64,000 bases of DNA, taken from NCBI RefSeq assembly GCF_964188315.1, contig NC_135656.1:124062001-124126000 (forward strand), in the 5' to 3' direction. A model generated the notes under the pieces. The model searched no databases and was not told the DNA's origin. It saw nothing but the letters and a program-made list of their open reading frames with translations. Numbering within the stretch: position 1 is the first letter of the stretch; the number at the start of each line of letters is the position of its first letter. The stretch is from Podarcis muralis (lineage: Eukaryota). Made by a program: the position numbers and the translations under genes. Positions 10,996 through 22,227 of the stretch are shown here, one piece after another.

Positions 10996-12076
10996 AAATC
11001 CTAAAAGCATTTTCACAGCATCCTCCATGTACCACAATTATTGGTACAAGTTAAAGGGTAATGGACATATTATGACTCATGTTTTTGTGGGCTGTGTACA
11101 CACCTGAAGGTGTTGAATGATTGGTGAAGGACCCTGTGCGAAAAGCTGGAAATGGACGGTCTCCCATGGTTTCAAGCTGGGAGAAGAAATGGAAGCCCCC
11201 AGGTGAGGTCCCTCCCCTTTCTGTGTGAGACAAGGGTTAAGATCTACCTTTGAGACAGCGTTAGAAACTGATATATGAAAGCTAGCAGCTAAATGGCAGC
11301 TTCCATTTAGGTTATGGGCACAACAACGGAATGTCTGGGCTGCAAAAAACAAATCCATGCTTCTTCTGCCTGCTCCCCTAATATTCTTAAGATGGTCTCT
11401 TCTCCAGAATTGAGAGAGTGGCTGGAAGTGGGGAGGCAGAGAAGGACCTCCTTTCCTTCCACTCTGCAGTTTTAATCTGAAATCTTAGGTGCAGTACTGT
11501 GCCCAGAGCTCAGAAACTGCTCATGCTAATGAAATTCCCTGTTGCAAAATTTGCCCAGAACAACGGGAATTTGAGACAGGTAGACATTGTATTCTTTCTT
11601 TCTTTCTTTCTTTTTGTTGTCATTTAAATTAATTTTGGGGTTTTTTTAATCATATGGTATTATGAAAAAGTTTGAATGAAATTTTATGAAACAACAAAAA
11701 ACACCCCCCCTGAAAACCTGGGGTGGGGGTGGGGGAATTTAAACACTCTTTTCAGGGGGGTGCAGGGAGGCAGTTCCCCCATCAAGTAAATAAATAAAAT
11801 ACTTAACTGACCAATTGTGTCACAGACAATTCGGTTCTGCCCTGCCCCCCCAAATGTGCCCCCCATAAATCCTGGCTACGCCCATGCCCTCTGGACCCCC
11901 GCCCCCATCTCCCACACCAAAGGCCACCTCTGCCTCTTATCTTTCTCTCTGCCGATGCTTGGCTGTTCTTATCTTCCCAAAGGATGCTTCTATTCATTCC
12001 CCAGCCCCCCCCCCCAAAACATCCACTGTCCCCCTACTTCCCGGATTCTCCCCTGCGCGCCCAAGGTCTCCCCAGC

Positions 12077-12166
12077 CATAGCTGTCAACGTTTCCCTTTT
12101 TAAAAGGGAAATTCCCTTATTCCGAATAGGATTCCTCGCAAGAAAAGGGAAAAGTTGACAGCTGTG
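12077..12166. mobile_element. 90-bp palindromic MITE with a 9-bp TSD
   Basis: TIRs CATAGCTGTCAAC...GTTGACAGCTGTG; CTCCCCAGC at 12068-12076 and at 12167-12175. Confidence 0.85.
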
Positions 12167-12297
12167 CTCCCCAGCGCGCACCTCTTCACCTGGAGGGGCT
12201 TCGCAAGAAGAACACAGAGGGGGGATAAGCAGAAGAAGAAAGTGGGGGGTGGGTCTCTATTCAGGCCCCTCTGGCTTCCTTAAACCCTTGCGTGGAC

Positions 12298-12430
12298 GAC
12301 TGTTCTCAACCTGTGGGTCCCCAGATGTTGTTGGACTACAACTCCCATCATCCCTGAGCTCTGGCCTTGCTAGCTAGGGGTGATGGGAGTTGTGGTTCAA
12401 CACCATCTGGGGACCCACAGGTGGAGAAAG
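12298..12430. mobile_element. Hairpin MITE (gactacaactcccatc family)
   Basis: Long self-complementary arms: caacctgtgggtccccagatg...catctggggacccacaggt. Relatives at 25128, 41430 and 61510. Confidence 0.8.
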
Positions 12431-12876
12431 GCTTGGCTCCGTCTCTACCGCCAAAAGGGCCCACGCGAGACAGATGCGCCTCTCGCTACACGCGCGGAGC
12501 CAGGCGCGCCCCAGGGATCCCTGCCTGGGAGAAACCGGAATCCGCAGCGTCGGCGTCACGTCCGAGGCCTCGGTTCAAACACAGCCCTGCTTGGGGACGG
12601 GGAGCTCCTGCAAGGACCCCCTAATGGTGGGCACCGCATTTCAATTCCAGCACAGGCGCCAGAAAGGGGGGGGGGGGAGTGCAGGGCAGCTGAGTATCTC
12701 TTGCCCCCCCTCCCAAGGAAAACGCGTGTTGGGGGGGGGTGCGCGAAAAGAGATCGTGCAATGCAAACCCTGCAAATGTTGGGTTGGCAGCTGTATCGCA
12801 TAGATCCAGGCCCCTGTCGTTGGTTTTTTTGGGGAGGGGGGTCTCTTTACCCCCCCCCCCCTTGCAGCATCCTTAC

Positions 12877-13070
12877 CTCTTTGTCTTCTCTGGCCACCCC
12901 GCTTCCTTTGTTCGCTATTCCGATGACCTTCCTTGCAATATGAACGCGGAAGGAGGGATACTCCTCCCCCCTTTTAAGACCTCCCTCTGCTCCCCACGCC
13001 CTGCGCTCGGATGGGAGTCGGACGTGACGGCGCTGCCTTTTGCCTCTTCCTCTTTGGCCTCCGTTGGGAA
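12877..13070 (-). other. Candidate non-coding first exon of ZNF-1
   Basis: Strong donor GAG|GTAAGG at 12876-12871; conserved in the paralogous block at 305-555. The 5' boundary is approximate. Confidence 0.5.
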
Positions 13071-13091
13071 ATTGCAACACGCCCCACCCCC

Positions 13092-13181
13092 CATAGCTGT
13101 CAACTTTTTCCTTTTCTTAAGGGAAATTCCCTTATTCCCAATAGGATTCCTCGCAAGAAAAGGGAAAAGTTGACAGCTATG
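13092..13181. mobile_element. Second copy of the 90-bp palindromic MITE
   Basis: About 27-bp TIR CATAGCTGTCAACTTTT...AAAAGTTGACAGCTATG; flanks degenerate (CCCACCCCC / TCCCCCCTC). Confidence 0.85.
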
Positions 13182-13404
13182 TCCCCCCTCCACGCTCCAT
13201 TTACCGTGGGGGCAATTGCTGTAGGCTGATCGAGATTAAAATTGGGTGCTGGGTGTGTGGGGGAAAGTACCCCCTCCCCCCAGTGAAGCAGCTCCCCCCC
13301 CTCCGCCTGCACTTAGGGTCTGCACATGGTTGGAGTCGGACGGGGCGGGTCTCCTCCCCACAGCGGAGAATTGAAAATGGGGGTGGGGGGGTTTGCCCTC
13401 TTTT

Positions 13405-13477
13405 AGGGTCGGAGATCGAACCTGGGGCTTCCCTATACATGCAAAGCATCTCCTCTGTCATTGAGCTGCCCCTCCCC
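13405..13477 (-). mobile_element. tRNA-derived SINE head (Squam3-like), truncated
   Basis: Minus strand: A-box AGCTCAATG, ctttgcatg, B-box GGTTCGATCTCC. Confidence 0.65.
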
Positions 13478-14434
13478 ACAAAGGAACTGACTTTGACCCC
13501 CTCCAGCAAAACGGGCAGAACACCACCGGCCTACTTTGCAGGGCGACACTCCCCTTGGAAAATGGGTGTCACAGCGGCGGGATCCCCCCCCCCCCAATTA
13601 ACAGAGATATATGTAAACCTGTGTCACCTTCAGATCCAGGAGTAGTTTTTCCAGAGGTGGGGGGCTGTGGGTGGGTCTCTTTCCGTGCCGCTACCGGGGA
13701 TCGAACCAGCGACCTTCTCACAAAAGAAATGGGGGTTTTTGTTTGCAGGGAGGGGGAGGGCGGATCTCCTGCCACTCCCCCCCCCCTTCCTCTCCCAAGG
13801 GTCAATGAGCTCCTCTTCCTAGAGAGGCAGGAAGTTTGTGGGGGCAGGGGTGGGTGGGGTTGTAGAGGCTGGATGGGAGGGGAGGGGTCTCCATGCACAT
13901 CCCCAGGCAAGGAGGAGGCCTGGAGAGGAGAAAGAGGCGCTGCGTCTTTGGGGGTGTTTCGGGGTTGGTGGGGGAGAGGAGGGGAAAGATTCGCTTTCCT
14001 TTCACCTGAATCTGCAAGCAGCTGGCGGGGGGAGGGGAGAGGGAAAGGATTCCCTTTGCAAAGTCTCCCTGCTCCCACTTTTCCCTCTTGGGATCTGTAG
14101 TCCGCCTCCCAAGTGGATCTCGTTTCTTCGGGAAGCACTGCTGTGCAGCCCAGTCTCATGCATGTTTACTCAGAAGTAAGTCCTGCTCTGTCCGTCCTCT
14201 CTAATAGCGCTCTCGTTTATATCTGCAATCGCCCTCCACTCGCCCCCTCCCTCCGCTCCTTTGCTAAAGCCCCCTTGGGGTGGGGAGATAGCAGCGGGGA
14301 GGAAGGCTTTGGCGCAGTAGAAGCAGCCCCCTATATGGGGGGGGGGGTTGGTGCTGGAGAGCAGAGCTGGAGAGCAGAGTCGCCTTTGGGTTGCTGGAGA
14401 TGGAGGAGATTTTGAATAGGAGGTGGGGCTGTTG

Positions 14435-14771
14435 AAGGTAAAGGGACCCCTGACCATGAGGTCCAGTCGTGGCAGACTCTGGGGTTGCGGTGCTCATCTC
14501 GCTTTACTGGCCGAGGGAGCCGGTGTACAGCTTCCAGGTTATGTGGCCAACATGACTAAGCCGCTTCTGGCGAACCAGAGCAGCGCATGGAAATGTTGTT
14601 TACCTTCCCACTGGAACGGTACCTATTTATCTACTTGCACTCTGACGTGCTTTCGAACTGCTTGGTTGGCAGGAGCTGGGACCGAGCAACGGGAGCTCAC
14701 CCCGTCGTGGGGATTTGAACCGCTGACCTTCTGATCAGCAAGTCCTAGGCTCTGTGGTTTAACTCACAGCG
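14435..14771 (-). mobile_element. Sauria SINE (Squam1), subfamily B
   Basis: Tail (ACCTTT)n; core gcaagtagataaataggtaccg; B-box ggttcaaatccc. Confidence 0.92.
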
Positions 14772-14809
14772 GCTGAGGAGCAGACAAAATGCTAAAGGAA
14801 GTCGGCCTT

Positions 14810-15205
14810 AGATAGAGTTTGGAATGGGACCCCCAAATGTCATCTAGTCCAACCCCCGGCAATGCAGGAATCTCAGCTAAAGCATCCAGGACTGATGGCC
14901 GCCCTCCAGCCTCTGCTTAGAAACATCCGAGGAAAGAAGGAGAGTCCACTACCTCTAGAGGGAGACGGTTCCACTGTTGAACAGCTCTTCTTGTCAGGAA
15001 GTTCTTCTTCCTGGTGTTTAGGAGTCCTACCCTCCAGAGCAGGACAGAAACAAGCATGCACCCTCCTCCTCCACGTGACAGCCTTTTAAGATATTTGACA
15101 ATGGCTATCCCATCTCCTCTCAGTCTCCTCTTTTCCGGACTAAACATACCCAAGTCCTTCAACCGTTCCTCATAAGGCTTGGTTTCCAGACCCTCGATCA
15201 TCTTG
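14810..15205 (-). mobile_element. CR1 3' fragment
   Basis: Minus-strand [30 protein letters not shown], plus CR1 tail. Confidence 0.85.
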
Positions 15206-16172
15206 TGAGATTCCTTAGCAAGAAAGAGGCTGCTACTGGAAAAAGTCAAAGGGAACCAAAATGTGGGTTTTTGGGGAGGGGGGAAGCCCCCCATCTCCCC
15301 TTTCAGAACACGTAGATAAGGGGGAGAGCTGGTGGACTGTGGTTTCCTTGGAACGAAGGAAAGAGTCTTCCTGAGCTTGCTCATGTTGAGGGGGGAGGCA
15401 AATGGGGAGGAATCCCTGCTTCAAAACAGGAGGGAAGGGGCATATTTTGGATTTCCTGGAGCCTGAAAAAACACCTTGTCAGTCTCCCTCCCGCTAGGCA
15501 AGGGAAATGGGTGCATGGATGGTGGTATTTGAAATTGATTGGGATCTTAAGGGCACATTTGAAAGCCTCATGGCAAAAGACCGGAGGGATTAAATAAATG
15601 CCCAATCCCCAGTTTTGGACTTGGGGGGAAGAAATATATTACCTCCCAGCTGATTTTGATGCTGTCTCCAAAAAGAGGCTTCTCTAGACATCCTCTGGGA
15701 AGATTGTTGGGGGCCGATGAACGCTGGCGTGGGTGGGCATGGGGGAGGGATCTGGCCCCTCTTTCAGGACTGGCGCAGCACAGGGGTGCTGAAGGTCTTT
15801 CTCCTCTATTGCTGCCAGCCTCGCTCCTGCCCAGCCTCCTCGCTTGCCTTGAAAACATTCAGGTTGGCAGGAGGGCCTCGTAATGCTATAGGCTGACCAA
15901 GATGTACACACATATGTACATTCCTTAGAGGAAGGCCTGGGGCGCCATAGTTCGTCAGCATGCCTCCATCCCCCAAGCCACAATCCCCTAAAAACTGAAG
16001 CAACTTTTAATATCATTATTTTCATGACATCCTTCCCGTTCCCTGTCTTTCCCCTGCAGGCCCAGGAGTGGCCTCACTTGAGAGCTGCTTCCTGCTTTGA
16101 AGTGCATCGTGGCAACACCTGAGAGAGTCCCAGTTTACGCCTCCATTCCCTCTGTCTTCCACAGGCAGCGCA

Positions 16173-16247
16173 ATGGCCTCAGAGGCACCGTTTGGACCGT
16201 CTCATCTTAGGGGTGGGATGGAAAGAGGTTCCAGGCAGCTCCCTCAG
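16173..16247 (+). CDS. ZNF-2 (KRAB-ZNF) first coding exon
   Basis: gcaATGG Kozak context; MASEAPFGPSHLRGGMERGSRQLPQ; donor CAG|GTACGG, phase 0. Model join(16173..16247,16750..16876,17238..17315,18338..19716) = 552 aa. Confidence 0.7.
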
Positions 16248-16345
16248 GTACGGTAAGAGTCTCGGGTGTGGGGAGGAGAGAGGAGAAGAGGAAGAGGGGG
16301 ACAAACCAGCCTCCCTCTGTGTTGCGTGGGGAATATTTGTTATTA

Positions 16346-16560
16346 CAGTGGTACCTTGGGTTACAGACGCTTCAGGTTACAGACTCCGCTAACCCAGAAA
16401 TAGTACCTCAGGTTAAGAACTTTGCTTCAGGATGAGAACAGAAATCGCACGGCGGCAGCGGGAGGTCCCATTAGCTAAAGTGGTACCTCAGGTCAAGAAC
16501 AGTTTCAGGTTAAGAACAGACCTCCGGAAAGAATTAAGTTCTTAACCCCAGGTACCACCG
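16346..16560 (+). mobile_element. Tc1/mariner MITE, family A
   Basis: TA|CAGTGGTACCT...AGGTACCACCG|TA. Confidence 0.9.
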
Positions 16561-16638
16561 TATTTATGTTAGTGGATTTATCTTGCCCAGGGCAATCCAA
16601 AGAGGATTACGACCAACCAACGAAACAGACAGGGATGA

Positions 16639-16914
<276 letters not shown>

Positions 16915-17237
16915 TGAAGGTGTCAAGCAGCTCTTTATGCCATGTATTCATGCAGAGTAGGAATATAAGAAGAATAGCCCGCTTGGATCCCCATTTTGCA
17001 GATGTACTCTACGATATTTGCAGCATTGCTCTCTGAAGCAGCATCTATATATTCACACGCACACCCCTTGTGACAGTGGGGACCACACGGCCCTATCCTT
17101 TTCACATTGCGTGTCTTTATAGGATCCGGATATGGTAATCCCTCCTCTTTGCCTTTGCGGTCGTAGATACAGATTGATTTGAAACGTCCAGGTGATTTGT
17201 GGCCAAAAGGAGCTAATATTATCGCTTTCCTTGGCAG

Positions 17238-17315
17238 AATCAGACCTCAGTTCCTGTTGGGAAGAAAGACAAGATCCATTTCTCCTGGTCCCTAAAGAAG
17301 GGGAGATATCAGAAG
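17238..17315 (+). CDS. ZNF-2 KRAB-B-like exon
   Basis: 78 bp, phase 1/1: ESDLSSCWEERQDPFLLVPKEGEISE, resembling KRAB-B PDLISWLE..EDP; ttggcag| and |gtaggt. Confidence 0.65.
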
Positions 17316-18337
17316 GTAGGTGTTTAGCTGCATTTTGGGGTCCTTTTTTTCCTCTGGAAAGAGAGAGAGCAGAAGCCTGTTGCCTTTATGACCTGCTTCT
17401 GGGCTTCCTGTCAGCATCTAGTTGGCTCCTTTAGGACTCTGGGACTAAATAGACCTGGGGGGGGGGGGCAGCCTATGGGACTCTCTCTCTCCCCCATCAC
17501 TGCTGTCCCCAGGCCATGACCATGACCACCTCTGCTTCACATCCTCCTTGACTCCTTTTTTCCTTCCTGGGTTATGTCCTTGAAATTTGAAGGTGTTTCT
17601 TGCTTGCCTGGGTGGAAGAAAGAGAAGGGTGTGTGTAGAAACTGCTCCTGTCCAAAGGTTGCATTTACATTCGTTGTTACACCCAGTTCTGCCTCTGGTC
17701 CCACAGAGTGCAAGCACCCGGCCCTAAGGCTGTAAAAAGCTGCCTGCACAGGGTCCAACTGAGTTTTCTTCTAAAGAGCAGAGACGCCATCCAGTCTGAG
17801 GTTTAAATTTAAAATAGCCTCCGCGTTGCCTCTGAGGTTAATGTACAGTACAGTGAGATCCTCTTCCCAAGTGCCAGGTGGATTCTGCTGGGACCATGCA
17901 CCCTTCTTCTATCCCTCAGACGGAGTGTTAAGATCTTGCCTTTCCCTTATTTTGGGAAGGGAGCCATGGCAGTAGTAGGGCTTGGCATGTCTGGGTATTT
18001 TGCACTCGGAATTAACTGGCCGCTTTGAAAACATTTCCCAAACCAGACTTCATCGCTTGGGTGGAAGGAGACAATCCAATTGGATGGTGCTCTGAGAAAG
18101 GGGAGAGATAATCAGACACAGAAGTGCGAGGTGACAGCTTGTGTGAGGTGGAGCAGGAAGGGCCTCGTGGTGTTGTCTTGAGAAATTAACTTCAGAGTCA
18201 GCTGTGTGGGGAGATAAGTGGGGGACGTGCTTGAAAATGGTAGACGAGGCAGAGAACTAGGCTCAATCCTCAATGAGAGTCTCTGCTTCTACCTTGCAAT
18301 TTGAACAACACTTTCTATTTCTTCTACCCCCAAACAG

Positions 18338-19716
18338 GTAATGGGGAGAGGAGAGAGAATTATGAGGAGCCGTCAGGAAATGTGGAGCATGAAGCAGGGA
18401 AAGAGACACTTGTAAATCAGCTGTTACGCCAAAAGCATGTAGGCAGAAACGTGTCAAATAATGAGAAAAGGAAGTCTTCCACTACTCAGGACATTGGTGT
18501 CCATGTAACCCTGAACTCACAGGAGGAATGCACAGGAAGAAGCAGTGTGGAGTGTGAAAAGAGCTTCACTCAGAGTGGAAGCGTTGGTTTACATCAAAGA
18601 ACCCAAACGGGGAAGAAAGCGTTTCAATGCACAGAATGTGGAAAGAGCTTAAGCAGTGCTGGTAACCTTATTAAGCATAAGAAAACCCACAGAGGGGAGA
18701 AACCATTCAAATGCATGGAGTGTGGAAAGAGCTTCAGCCAGAGCGGAAACCTTATTGCCCACCAGAGAATCCACACTGGGGAAAAACCATTTAAATGTAT
18801 GTTGTGTGGAAAGAGCTTCAGTCTCAATCACCATCTTACTTTACATCAAAGAACCCACACTGGGGAGAAACCGCATAAATGCATGGAGTGTGGAAAGAGC
18901 TTCTGTACAAGCAGTTTGCTTATCGCACATCAAAGAACCCATACTGGGGAGAAACCATTTAAATGTATGCTGTGTGGAAAGAGTTTCAGTCTCAATCACC
19001 ATCTTACAATACACCAAAGAGTGCACACTGGGGAGAATCTGCATAAATGCATGGAGTGTGGAAAGAGCTTCAGTTATAAGAGTGCACTTACTTTACATCA
19101 AAGAACCCACACTGGGGAGAAACCATTTAAGTGTATGGAGTGTGGAAACAGCTTCAGACAAAGAAGAAGCCTTACTGCACATCAAGGAACCCACACTGGA
19201 GAGAAACCCTATGTATGCATGGAGTGTGGAAAGAGCTTCAGTTGTAGGAGTGCAATTACTGTGCATCAAAGAGCTCACACTGGGGAGAAACCATTTAAAT
19301 GTATGGAGTGTGGAAAGAGCTTCAGTCGGAATGGAAGCCTTACTACTCATCAAAGAACCCACACCGGGGAGAAGCCGTTTGAATGCATGGAGTGTGGAAA
19401 GAGCTTCAACCGGAGGACTGCACTAACGGTACATCAAAGAGAGCACACTGGGGAGAAACCATATGAATGCATGGAGTGTGGAAAGAGCTGCAGTTGTAGG
19501 AGTGAACTTACTTTACACCAAAGAACCCACACGAAGGAGAAGCCGTATGAATGCATGGAGTGTGGAAAGAGTTTCAGTTGTGCGAGTGCACTTACATTTC
19601 ATCACAGAACCCACACTGGGGAGAGACCATTTAACTGCATAGAGTGTGGAAAGAGCTTCAGATATAGCGGAAGTCTTACTGTACATCAAAGAGCCCACAC
19701 TAGGGGAAACCATTAA
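18338..19716 (+). CDS. ZNF-2 last exon: linker plus 13 C2H2 fingers
   Basis: Acceptor cccccaaacag|G, phase 1, in frame with ORF 18301-19716; 13 CxxC/HxxxH repeats. Confidence 0.93.
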
Positions 19717-19811
19717 AATGTAGAGAGTGTGGAAAGCGCTTCAGTGGGAGTGAAGACCTGACCTCATCTGAGAACTCACACAGGGGAGAACGCCTCTAAG
19801 TGATTGGAATA

Positions 19812-20058
19812 CAGTGGTGCCTCGCAAGATGAAATTAATCCGTTCCGCGAGTCTCTTCGTCTTGCGGTTTTTTCGTCTTGCGAAGCACGGCTATTAGCGG
19901 CTATTAGCGGCTTTAAGAAAAAGGAAACAAACTCGCAAGAACTCGCAAGATGTTTCGTCTTGCGAAGCAAGCCCATAGGGAAATTCGTCTTGCGGAACGA
20001 CTCAAAAAACAGAAAACTCCTTCGTCTTGCGAGGCATTCGTCTTGCGGGGCACCACTG
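19812..20058. mobile_element. Tc1/mariner MITE, family B
   Basis: TA|CAGTGGTGCC...GGCACCACTG|TA; internal repeated CGTCTTGCG/CGCAAGA motifs. Confidence 0.88.
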
Positions 20059-21225
20059 TATGAAGAACAGCAGCAAATGCAGCAAACTTGCTTAACACAG
20101 AAGAATTTACAGAGGGAAAAACAAATTGAGATTCACTGAGTGTAAACAGCACTTCACTAGAAACTGAAGTATTTATCACACATGGAAGAACCATAACAGG
20201 GAGGAAACGAGTGTAGAAACAAGCATCTTGTGGCACCTGAAAATGCATGATGATAGGTTTTGTTGCCTCTAAGAAAAATAAGAAATTCCTAGCACTGCTA
20301 TGCTAATTGCCCAAGATGGTCTCCCCATTCGGCCTAATGTCTTGGCCATCTGGCATATTATTATTAATGCAGTAAGTGGAGAAGGAAAGGAGGCAAAGTT
20401 TAGCCACTTGGTCAGAGGTGTGGCAAAAGGCATTGGTCTGCTGCTATCGCCCTTTCTTTAAGTGAAACTCTCATGTGTCTCAGGTTTCACCCATCAAGTA
20501 TTCAGAGTCCCCAAGTGGCTTAGAGTACCTAGTTGGGAAATATAACTGACTGTGACTTTTTATTTATTTATTGCATGAGTCTCTCCACATAGGGAAAGAA
20601 TCACAGGCCAGTCCTTCCAAAGGGATGGTAGTGCCAGACCTTAAAACCTGAGCAGCTTTATTTTGTAATCTGTTCAACCTGTTTTCTTGCTTTCCCCCTA
20701 TCTTTTATTCTAAATAAAGTTTTGTGATCCGAACAGCTCTTCAGTTGCCCTGTTGCTGAAGCTCTTTGGGATACCATCTGCTCAGATGCACATCAAATAT
20801 CAACGTAAATGATGCTTAGATCAAAACAGCTGTATGTGTGGCCTCCATATTAGAACAGCGTGGCCCAAATCTTAGAGCCCTCCCACCTACTTCCCAAAGC
20901 TTGGAAAGTTCTACCTTGGCTTTGGGAAGGAGGTAGGAGGACTCTAGGACCCTGACAGAGCCCTCACACCTCTTTTTGTAGCCCAGCACCTGTGATTTAT
21001 GGGGTGTCATGACACCCACCAGTGGAAGACAGGAGTGTCTGGTGTGCTCTGGTCCATGGGGTCACGAAGAGTCGGACATGACTAAACGACTAAACATCAA
21101 CACCACAAGGTTGGAGTCAGGGCAGGTGGGGAAAAAAGGGACGGTCCAGGCAAGGGATGGGTGAGTAGTTTCCCCAAAAGTCCTTAACATACTTTCTATG
21201 CAAAAAATGGCACACAGACTTTTTT

Positions 21226-21454
21226 GTAAAGGTAAAGGGACCCCTGACCATTAGGTCCAGTCGTGGCCGACTCTGGGGTTGCGGCGCTCATCTCGCTTCA
21301 TTGGCCGAGGGAGTCGGCGTACAGTTTCCGGGTCATGTGGCCAGCATGACTAAGCCGCTTCTGGCGAACCAGAGCAGCACACGGAAACGCCGTTTACCTT
21401 CCCGCTGGAGCGGTACCTATTTATCTACTTGCACTTTGACATGCTTTCGAACTG
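21226..21454 (-). mobile_element. Sauria SINE, 5'-truncated, subfamily B
   Basis: Tail and central core as in 14435-14771. Confidence 0.88.
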
Positions 21455-21567
21455 AGGTGCTCACAAATGGAGAATCTTTAGGCAAAAAACATGCCTGGCG
21501 CCCTGCTAATTTCAAACCCTGGTCAGAGTGCTCACCTTACTTTACATCGGATAACCCACGCTGGGGA

Positions 21568-21745
21568 GAAACAAAATTTTAAAAAATTCCTTTCTGTAGC
21601 ACCTTAGAGACCAACTATGTTTGCATGCACACGAAAGCTCATACCAATAACAAACTTAGTTGGTCTTAAGGTGCTACTGGAAGGATTTTTTAAAATTTTG
21701 TTTCAACTACGGCAGACCAACACGGCTTCCTACCTGTAACTAGAA
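21568..21745. mobile_element. Penelope-like element remnant with inverted pLTR arms
   Basis: About 50-bp inverted repeat 21568-21617 / 21657-21704 around catgcacacgaaagctcatacc; gtagcaccttagagaccaacta is the squamate PLE terminus as I recall it. Confidence 0.7.
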
Positions 21746-21869
21746 CTATGGGGAGAAACAGTTTAAATGCATGGAGTGTGGAAAGAGCTTCAGGTGGAGA
21801 GGTAACCTTACTATGCTTCACAGAACTGACAACCGGGGTAAACCATTTGAATGTATGTAAGTCACCTAT

Positions 21870-22227
21870 GGGACGCGGGTGGCGCTGTGGGTAAAAGCCT
21901 CAGCTCCTAGGGCTTGCCGATCAAAAGGTCGGTGGTTCGAATCCCCGCGGTGGGGTGCGCTCCCGCTGCTCGGTCCCAGCGCCTGCCAACCTAGCAGTTC
22001 GAAAGCACCCGTGGGTGCAAGTAGATAAATAGGGACCGCTTACCAGCAGGAAGGTAAACGGCGTTCCGTGTGCTGCGCTGGCTCGTCAGATACAGCTTTG
22101 TCACGCTGGCCACGTGACCCGGAAGCGTCTCCGGACAGCGCTGGCTCCCAGCCTCTTGAGTGAGATGGGCGCACAACCCCAGAGTCTGTCAAGACTGGCC
22201 CGTACGGGCAGGGGTACCTTTACCTTT
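21870..22227 (+). mobile_element. Sauria SINE, full length, subfamily A
   Basis: GGGACGCGGGTGGCGCTGTGG head, B-box GGTTCGAATCCC, ACCTTT tail; 12-bp TSD TAAGTCACCTAT at 21858-21869 and 22228-22239. Confidence 0.96.

Larger units (their letters stand above)
12200..14420. promoter_or_regulatory. GC/CpG-rich candidate bidirectional promoter between ZNF-1 (-) and ZNF-2 (+)
   Basis: High GC and CpG density with G/C tracts and CRE-like CGTCACG motifs; divergent gene orientation; minus-strand donor at 12876 and plus-strand donor CAGAA|GTAAGT at 14176. Confidence 0.6.

Noticed and set aside
12367-14497. Numerous 60-200 aa ORFs in the GC-rich regions (also 169-843 and 25312-26278)
   Set aside because: Low-complexity Pro/Gly-rich translations expected from stop-poor GC-rich promoter DNA
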